Below are positions 33,656-39,481 of a DNA stretch of 39,481 bases, one piece after another. This stretch comes from a virus (Duplodnaviria > Caudoviricetes), in IMG/VR virus record IMGVR_UViG_3300036987_000217, positions 1-39,481 of that record; one strand, given 5' to 3'. Both the position numbers and the translations under genes were made by a program. Below the pieces are notes generated by a model. It was given only the letters and a program-made list of their open reading frames with translations, was not told the origin of the DNA and made no database searches. How positions within the stretch are numbered: the first letter of the stretch is position 1; each line of letters starts with the position of its first letter.

Positions 33656-34362
33656 GCGGCCTCCCGCTGTTGGATGAAAACGTCGACGTTGGCGCGGTGC
33701 ACCTTGAAGGTGACGGCGACCACCCACGGGTTACGCGCCCACGCGCTGGCGCCGTTGATGTCCTTCCACACGCCGATGAAGCGATCGCGCGAGTTCGCGC
33801 CGTGCAGATCCCGGTGCACCGGAACCGAAAAGACGCCCTCGGCCTTAGCGTCCTCAAAGCTGATGGCCTGCAGGTGCTCGACCTTCGCCGCCGTAACTTC
33901 GAGGGTGAACCGCGACGCCCAGCGCGGCATGTGGATCGCCGGAACGTTGGCGCCGCGCTTGCCGCGATAAGCGTAAAGCTGCCCCCACCGCTCGGCGGCT
34001 TCCCGCGTGTTCTCGATTTCCTCCCAATGCCCGTCGGCGAGGTAGCGGACATTTGCGATGTGCGCGTGGTCCTCGACGGCGCACACCGTCTCGCGCACCC
34101 ACAGCAAGTCACCGACGGCGAACGGGACTTCGAGCGTCGGCTCGCGCCCCATGATGTCACGGACCGCCCACACCGGCCCGGCGACGCTCCAATGGGGCCG
34201 TCCGTTGCGCGGCGGTATCCATGAGTAGCCAGAGCCCGACCGTTTGCGGACCGCGTCCTCGGATGGCGGCTGTCCCTTCAGGATTCGCCGTGTCTGCGTT
34301 TTGCGACCGGCTTCGATCGCGTAGACCATCGTGCCGGCGAAAATGATCGGACGAACCTTCAT
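33652..34362 (-). CDS. Phage ASCH/PUA-like protein (236 aa)
   Basis: RPIIF..MVYAIEAGRKTQTRR, GDLLWVRET, PAIHMPRWASR, LQAISFEDAKAEG, NPWV. Confidence 0.85.
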   Translation of the reverse strand: MKVRPIIFAGTMVYAIEAGRKTQTRRILKGQPPSEDAVRKRSGSGYSWIPPRNGRPHWSVAGPVWAVRDIMGREPTLEVPFAVGDLLWVRETVCAVEDHAHIANVRYLADGHWEEIENTREAAERWGQLYAYRGKRGANVPAIHMPRWASRFTLEVTAAKVEHLQAISFEDAKAEGVFSVPVHRDLHGANSRDRFIGVWKDINGASAWARNPWVVAVTFKVHRANVDVFIQQREAA

Positions 34363-34550
34363 GCCGCTGCCTTCCCCTCGCTGATGACTGGCGCGATTTC
34401 CATGCGGATGGTCGCCTGCACGGCGACGCCGTCGAGCCGGAACACTTCCGACACGAATTCGAGCTCTGCCCGCTCGCCGCGGTGCCGCTTGGCGCCGCGC
34501 ACCAGCACGCGCCATAGCCGCTCGATGTCCTTGAACGTGGGCGCGGCCAT
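34359..34550 (-). CDS. Hypothetical protein (63 aa)
   Basis: Coupled on both sides. Confidence 0.6.
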   Translation of the reverse strand: MAAPTFKDIERLWRVLVRGAKRHRGERAELEFVSEVFRLDGVAVQATIRMEIAPVISEGKAAA

Positions 34551-34897
34551 CACATCGCCCCCGCCAGCGCCATTTCCGGCGTCTCGCGCAGCTTGTCCTC
34601 GATCTCCTTGAGGTCCTCCAACAGCACGCCGCGCAACTGACGCGCACCAGGCACGCCGAGCCGCGCCAGGCCCATGAGGCGGCGCACCTTGTCGTTGGCG
34701 GCCGCCGCATCCGGGTCGGTCTTGGCGCGCTCCGCGTTCTCGGTGAGCCAGGTGTGCAGGATGGTGCGCAACTGCCCCCGGCCTTCCTTCGAGTGCGTCA
34801 GCCTTTCCAGCCCCCGCAGCCGTGCCCGAACACGCTGCAGCGCTTCCCACTCCATCGCGTCAACGGGCACGGCTCGCGGTGTTTCCATCGTCGTCAT
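34550..34897 (-). CDS. Hypothetical protein (115 aa)
   Basis: GAGGGG RBS region, helical protein. Confidence 0.65.
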   Translation of the reverse strand: MTTMETPRAVPVDAMEWEALQRVRARLRGLERLTHSKEGRGQLRTILHTWLTENAERAKTDPDAAAANDKVRRLMGLARLGVPGARQLRGVLLEDLKEIEDKLRETPEMALAGAM

Positions 34898-34901
34898 CCC
34901 C

Positions 34902-35264
34902 TCAGTTGAACTTGTTGCCCTTGGTGGCCTTGGGCGGCCGGCGCGCGTTGACCGTGTTCTGTGCCGCCGCGAACGCCGACGCCCACTCCCCGATCGGCCC
35001 CCCACGAGCGGCCAGCGCCTTGACGTAGGCCTGCGTGATCGCGCGGGCCTCCGTCGTCTTGTCGGTGTCCGCCTTGCGATCCTTCAGAATTTGATTGATC
35101 GCCTTGACGTCGAAGCCGTTGGATTGCGCCAGCTTCTTTTCGGCCGCGACCGCCGCCGCTGCTTTCGCTTTGTCCGCCTCGCCGATCTCGATGCGCTCGA
35201 TGATGCCGGCGAGTTGTTCGGCGGCGTTGCCGCCGAGGTCCATGTCGATGTCGTCGCCCGCCAT
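34902..35264 (-). CDS. gapR: GapR-like (DUF2312) nucleoid-associated protein
   Basis: AAEQLAGIIERIE...EKKLAQSNGFDVKAINQILKDRKAD...AITQAYVKAL. Confidence 0.82.
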   Translation of the reverse strand: MAGDDIDMDLGGNAAEQLAGIIERIEIGEADKAKAAAAVAAEKKLAQSNGFDVKAINQILKDRKADTDKTTEARAITQAYVKALAARGGPIGEWASAFAAAQNTVNARRPPKATKGNKFN

Positions 35265-35266
35265 GG

Positions 35267-35680
35267 TCAGGCCGCCTCGTCGTCGACGTCGAGCGTGGCT
35301 GCGGGGATCTCGTCTTGAGGCACCGGCAGCACCGCCGCGAGCGCCTGGCGGTTGCCGTCGGTCCAGACGTCGTCGCTTTCGAGCAGCACCAGGCCGGAAA
35401 CGCAGCACGTCACCGGCAAGGCCGTGTTTTCGTCGAAGTCGGCGGCGCAGTTATCGTCGACCGCGTTTTCCTCGTCGTGCAAATCGAGCCGGTTGCGGAG
35501 CAGTCGTGTAGCCTCGGCCATCTCGTCCTCAATGGCGCCGATGCGTGTTTTGAACGGAGCCTCCGCGCGCTCGATTTCCTCGACGATCTCGTTGCGAACG
35601 ATGGCTTGCGCCGCGATCCGCTGGCGAAGTGCCATCTGGTCGACGCGGCTCGTGTCGACGCGGTTTGTGTTGGTGCTCAT
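35267..35680 (-). CDS. Hypothetical protein (137 aa)
   Basis: ATGA overlap with upstream methyltransferase. Confidence 0.65.
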   Translation of the reverse strand: MSTNTNRVDTSRVDQMALRQRIAAQAIVRNEIVEEIERAEAPFKTRIGAIEDEMAEATRLLRNRLDLHDEENAVDDNCAADFDENTALPVTCCVSGLVLLESDDVWTDGNRQALAAVLPVPQDEIPAATLDVDDEAA

Positions 35681-36390
35681 GCTGCCTTTGCCTTTCGCTT
35701 TTTGGTTTCGTAGACGCCACCGAACCGCGCGACGTCGTCGGGCCGCATAAGTCGGCGCCGACACTCGGGCGGAATCATCACGTGTTGCCGGGGCTGGTTG
35801 CCGCCGTGGCGGCGCCAGACGAACCACGAGTAGGACGTGGCCGTGCTGCCGTTCACGACCCAGCGCCCCTTGTGCATCGGCACGCGTTCGCTGAATTGCG
35901 CCATGAGCACGGGCGAGCGCTCTGGCCGGGAGAAAATCTCGCGGTAACGGCGCTTACCCTCTGGCCACACGCTGCGCATCAGCATGGCGACGCCGACGCG
36001 CGCTTCCTGCATGGCGCGCAGGGCGAACTCGATGCCGAGATTGAACGGCGGGTTCATCACCAGCCAGTCCGGCTGCGTGGCCAGGCGCGCCAGGTCGAGG
36101 CCCGCGCCGACGAACGAGCCGACGCCGTAGCCCTTGCCGTAGTCGTGCACGTCGCTCGCGTGCACCTTGGCGAAATACTCGCCGAGCACGCCGACCATGT
36201 GCCCCTCGCCGGCGCAGGCGTCCCACGCATCGCAGCCCTCGAAGTCGTCGGGCGTCAAAACGTGCTCCATAAGCGCCCGCGTCGCCCACGGCGGCGTCGG
36301 AAAGAAATCGAGCGCGTCGGTCGGGTCGCGACGCTCGGCCATGACCGCCGAGGCGCCGTTCGCCTTGAACGACTCGGAGAACTCGCTCAT
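35677..36390 (-). CDS. Small phage DNA adenine methyltransferase
   Basis: DFFPTPPWATRAL, SAM motif WDACAGEGHM, catalytic NPPF, TATSYSWFVW. Confidence 0.88.
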   Translation of the reverse strand: MSEFSESFKANGASAVMAERRDPTDALDFFPTPPWATRALMEHVLTPDDFEGCDAWDACAGEGHMVGVLGEYFAKVHASDVHDYGKGYGVGSFVGAGLDLARLATQPDWLVMNPPFNLGIEFALRAMQEARVGVAMLMRSVWPEGKRRYREIFSRPERSPVLMAQFSERVPMHKGRWVVNGSTATSYSWFVWRRHGGNQPRQHVMIPPECRRRLMRPDDVARFGGVYETKKRKAKAA

Positions 36391-36887
36391 GCGCCACCGC
36401 CGACGTCGTCGATGAGGCCGATGTCGCCGATGTTGAACGTCGGCGGCGTCGCCGGCGCCGAGGCGCCCCGCGCGGCGCGGAGCGTCGCCAGGTCCGCAAG
36501 CACGATCATTTTCGCGCCGTCGAGCAGTTCGCGGGCCGCATCGGTTTGCGGTTTGCCAAGCTTGAGCCCGGCGAGCACGCGAACGAGGCGAAGCTCGCGC
36601 TCAGCGTTGTTCCCAGCGCGTGGCTTGACCGCTGACGGCGATTTCGTCGCCGGCGACGGCGCAGGCACCGACGCCGCATCGGCCGGCCTGGCGGCCAGCG
36701 CCTTGGCGATCGCCGGCGCGTAGGTTTCGAGGCGCCGCAACAGCAGCGGCAGGATTTCGTTCCGCTCGGCGGCGTCGTGCGCGTCGATGATCGCCGTCGC
36801 CAGGCTGTCGAGCAGCGCGTTGCGCGGGTCCTCGCGCTCGGCCGGTTCAGCGTGCGCGCGGATGTCGAGGGTGCCCTGTCCGCTCAT
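36387..36887 (-). CDS. Hypothetical protein downstream of replication initiator
   Basis: ATGA-coupled on both sides. Confidence 0.65.
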   Translation of the reverse strand: MSGQGTLDIRAHAEPAEREDPRNALLDSLATAIIDAHDAAERNEILPLLLRRLETYAPAIAKALAARPADAASVPAPSPATKSPSAVKPRAGNNAERELRLVRVLAGLKLGKPQTDAARELLDGAKMIVLADLATLRAARGASAPATPPTFNIGDIGLIDDVGGGA

Positions 36888-38047
36888 GGCGTCACCTGCT
36901 CGACGCCGTAGGTCTTCAGCATCGACCGCGTGAGGTAGTCGGACGATCGCAAGCTATCCGCGTATTCGGGGTGCTGCTCGGCGACCTTTGCGATTGCGGC
37001 ATCGAAGTCGGGCGTGCCGCGCATGATCAGGCGACCCGGCTTCGCCAGCGACCGCCGCGTCTCGACCACGGTCCGGCCCGCACGGATGGCGTCGCTGACG
37101 TCGGCCACCTTCGCGCTCCACCGGCGGTAGTGCGTGCCCGGCGTCGTGAGCAGCCGGAGCGCCTCGCCGAGTATCTCGTCGTCGAAGCCTTGCGCGAACT
37201 CGGCGAGCGTGGCGGCGGCGAAGGCGGGGTTGGGTGCTTCGAGCCGGATGGTTGCGAACAGCGGCGCTAACAGCTTGTCCACCGCCCGTGCACACTCGGG
37301 CTTCGCTGCCCGAACTTCACGAACTAGATCATCCCCCCTCTCTCGGCCCCCTTTGGGGGTAGGGGGGGAGGGGTCTTCTGAGGGGTCTAGTGAAGGGTTG
37401 GGTCCAGCCTCTGGAGGGGCGTCCGCCGGTGGCTGGAGGGGTGGGGTCCGCTGGCTGGAGGGGTGCGCCTCGGTTGCCCCTCCGCTGGCTGGAGGGGCGC
37501 CGTTCGACCCTACCCCTCCAACGGCTGGAGGGGCGTCGTAGCCGTCAGGCACCTGGCCGGCCGGGCGGACGAAGATCGCAAGCACGTTCGCCGTCCGCGG
37601 CTCTACCCGAGCATCGACGAAACTCGGCAAAGCCGCGCCCGGGACGCACACCGAAACCGGCTCGTCCTTATCGCCCTCGCGCGCCGGAATCCTGACCTCA
37701 CCGCGGCGCAGGATGTGCGTCGACGCCAGCGGCTTTTTACCCTTGCGCCGCGTGCCCGTGATGAGGCGCAGCTTGTCCGTATCGAGTTCACGAACGGTCG
37801 TCGTCTTGCCCTGACGATTGCCGAACTTGTGTGCTTTGACGATGAGGATGCCGGCTTCTTCGAGCGCGGCGATGGCCTCGCGAATGGTGCTCTCGCCGAG
37901 CCCTGTCTCGCGCCGGATTGTAGCGACCGACGGAAAGATATTCGTCCCGTCCTCATCCGCGCAGTCGCAGATTTTCTTCATCACCAGCAGCATCGCCGGT
38001 GCTGGGAAGTTGATTAGCCAGCACATGCCGGAAAGTTCGTGTGCCAC
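36884..38047 (-). CDS. Replication initiator with N-terminal HTH (HTH_36-like)
   Basis: ICDCADEDGTNIFPSVATIRRETGLGESTIREAIAALEEAGIL; Pro-rich linker with iterons; PSLDPSEDPSPPTPKGG. Confidence 0.85.
   Translation of the reverse strand: MAHELSGMCWLINFPAPAMLLVMKKICDCADEDGTNIFPSVATIRRETGLGESTIREAIAALEEAGILIVKAHKFGNRQGKTTTVRELDTDKLRLITGTRRKGKKPLASTHILRRGEVRIPAREGDKDEPVSVCVPGAALPSFVDARVEPRTANVLAIFVRPAGQVPDGYDAPPAVGGVGSNGAPPASGGATEAHPSSQRTPPLQPPADAPPEAGPNPSLDPSEDPSPPTPKGGRERGDDLVREVRAAKPECARAVDKLLAPLFATIRLEAPNPAFAAATLAEFAQGFDDEILGEALRLLTTPGTHYRRWSAKVADVSDAIRAGRTVVETRRSLAKPGRLIMRGTPDFDAAIAKVAEQHPEYADSLRSSDYLTRSMLKTYGVEQVTP
37403..37533. repeat. Iterons / putative phage replication origin
   Basis: CTGGAGGGG at 37411, 37433, 37455, 37489, 37525; two form CCCCTCC-N7-GGAGGGG palindromes. 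Confidence 0.85.
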
Positions 38048-38178
38048 GCGGCCCCCGTCGTCTGTTCACATCGACGGTGGGGGCTTGAATCAGCGCGGCG
38101 CGTATGAGAATTTGATCGCGTCGCGGGCAGGCCCCCTGCCCGTCAAATCGGAGCGTTCCCTACGCGCTCCGAACATCG

Positions 38179-38219
38179 TGAGCCTCCCGGGCTGGCACCC
38201 GCGGAGGCTCAAGTTTTTT
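38179..38219 (+). terminator. Plus-strand (antisense) terminator upstream of rep
   Basis: TGAGCCTCC...GGAGGCTCA-AGTTTTTT. Confidence 0.55.
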
Positions 38220-38413
38220 CAGTCGTCGAGCAGGTCGGCCTCATAGCCCTCGCGCGTCGGTGGCGGTGGCAGACGCCCCTCCTTCGCCTCGGCGACGTGC
38301 ACGGCCTCGATGGCGCCGGCGGCGCCGGCGATCGGCGCGCCCGCGGCCAGGTTGCGGGCTGCAGTCAGCCCCGTGTTCACGATGTCGGCGACGGTCGTTT
38401 TGGTCGTGCTCAT
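38219..38413 (-). CDS. Hypothetical protein (64 aa)
   Basis: ATGA overlap with VRR-NUC gene. Confidence 0.55.
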   Translation of the reverse strand: MSTTKTTVADIVNTGLTAARNLAAGAPIAGAAGAIEAVHVAEAKEGRLPPPPTREGYEADLLDD

Positions 38414-38853
38414 TGCAGAAGCCCCCAGTCCCTCAGTGTGTCGAGTGCGTAGTCGAGCCCACGCGCGACCGCGTAGGTGCAGCCGGCGCGTTCCGCCCGG
38501 TGCTCGAAGTGTTCCTGCGCCGACGACTGAACGCCGCCGGCAACTTTGATTTCGAGAAAGTAGGTGTGCCCGCGGTAGTGGAGGACGATGTCGCCGACCC
38601 CCTCCAATACGCCCATGGCCTTGAGCTTCGCGGCGACCGCCTTGTGCCGCAACTCGCCGTTCGGCACGTGATAGAACAGCAGATCCTTGACGGCGCGGCG
38701 TTGCAGCCACTCGATAACGGTGCGTTGAATTTGCTCCTCGGTCGGGCCAGGAGCGCGCACCGCGCTCGCGCCGCGTTGCTGGCGCTTGCGCGGTCGGCGC
38801 TCAACGATGACGGCGCGGTCGACGCGCTCGACCTTGTCGACGAAGCCGCTCAT
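38410..38853 (-). CDS. VRR-NUC domain nuclease
   Basis: TEEQIQRTVIEWL...YHVPNG...GVLEGVGDI...FLEIKV..GVQSSAQ. Confidence 0.9.
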   Translation of the reverse strand: MSGFVDKVERVDRAVIVERRPRKRQQRGASAVRAPGPTEEQIQRTVIEWLQRRAVKDLLFYHVPNGELRHKAVAAKLKAMGVLEGVGDIVLHYRGHTYFLEIKVAGGVQSSAQEHFEHRAERAGCTYAVARGLDYALDTLRDWGLLQ

Positions 38854-39481
38854 GCCGCGGCCCGCTTTCTCGGCGCGACTTCCTCGCCGATGACGATGTC
38901 AGCGCCCCTGCCGACGGGCTGCTGCCGCTTTTTCGCGGCAAGAGCGCTGACACCAGCCGGCACATGCACGCCGACTTCCTCGCCAATCGTGTAGAACATC
39001 GTGCGCGCCGGTGTGCCCGACGGCAGCTTGATCACGCGGCCGTTCTCGTCCTTGAGGCGCGCGCGCTCTTTACCGACGCCGGGATGGTCGTTCAGGGCGC
39101 CGAGAAACTTGTTCGAGGGGATGGGGAACGTGCGCGTGTCGCGCGTGAACCAGTCGTACCAGTTGCCGACTTCGGCAGCGGAGTATCGACCGGCAAAGCC
39201 GTGGTCGCGCATCCAACGGACGAACTCGACGGCGTGCGCGTGCGCGTTCATCTGCATGCGGTAGGGCGGGTCGTCATTGGCGGGGCCACGATCCGCGACC
39301 GTGGCCGCACCTATGCCGGACCGCGGACTCCGCTGGACGGTGGCGGTCGCGACCAGGACTCGCGACGGTGGACTCGCTGCGACCACCCTGGACTCACGCC
39401 GCAACAGGATGCGCATACCGATGGCGCTGACGGCCATCGCCCCCAGCGCGAACGCCAAAATCAGATCAGGTCGCGCCTCCA
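38850..39481 (-). CDS. Hypothetical protein with N-terminal TM; start at or beyond right edge
   Basis: Frame stays open to window end (..EARPDLILAFALGAMAVSAIG..). Confidence 0.65.
   Translation of the reverse strand, partial: EARPDLILAFALGAMAVSAIGMRILLRRESRVVAASPPSRVLVATATVQRSPRSGIGAATVADRGPANDDPPYRMQMNAHAHAVEFVRWMRDHGFAGRYSAAEVGNWYDWFTRDTRTFPIPSNKFLGALNDHPGVGKERARLKDENGRVIKLPSGTPARTMFYTIGEEVGVHVPAGVSALAAKKRQQPVGRGADIVIGEEVAPRKRAAA

Larger units (their letters stand above)
1..39481 (-). mobile_element. Temperate phage/prophage segment (lambda-like head and cos packaging, P2-like contractile baseplate); both ends lie outside the window
   Basis: Contiguous, mostly - strand run of replication, methyltransferase, terminase, portal, capsid, baseplate and fibre genes with many ATGA/TGATG overlaps; no host housekeeping genes. 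Confidence 0.97.

Noticed and set aside
1-39481. Gene transfer agent or tailocin/eCIS interpretation
   Set aside because: Replication initiator with origin, cos site and full head module indicate a genuine temperate phage

Overview
A GC-rich temperate phage/prophage segment, most likely from an alphaproteobacterium (inferred from GapR-, DUF6362- and LigD-type genes). Almost all genes are on the - strand and read right to left. (1) Early/replication region, about 28.1-39.5 kb: VRR-NUC nuclease, HTH replication initiator with internal iterons, two DNA methyltransferases, a GapR homologue, an ASCH-like protein and a DUF6362/sigma-region-4-like late regulator. (2) Accessory block, about 20.3-28.0 kb: XRE plus Abi-alpha operon, divergent promoters with operators, a type II hammerhead ribozyme ahead of a DUF1640 gene, a membrane-anchored wHTH gene full of palindromes, a DUF707 GT-like gene, a short LigD-type ligase, a Zn-ribbon protein and a 14-Cys secreted protein. 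(3) A pR'/tR'-like late promoter and terminator, a gpZ-like gene and a lambda-like cos. (4) A lambda-type head module with two extra membrane-like proteins between portal and protease that share a C-terminal motif. (5) A P2-type contractile baseplate (gpV, PAAR, gpW, gpJ, gpI) and a tail fibre running off the left edge. No integrase, main repressor, lysis, sheath/tube/tape-measure, tRNA or CRISPR is visible. Family names come from motif recognition by eye, not database searches.
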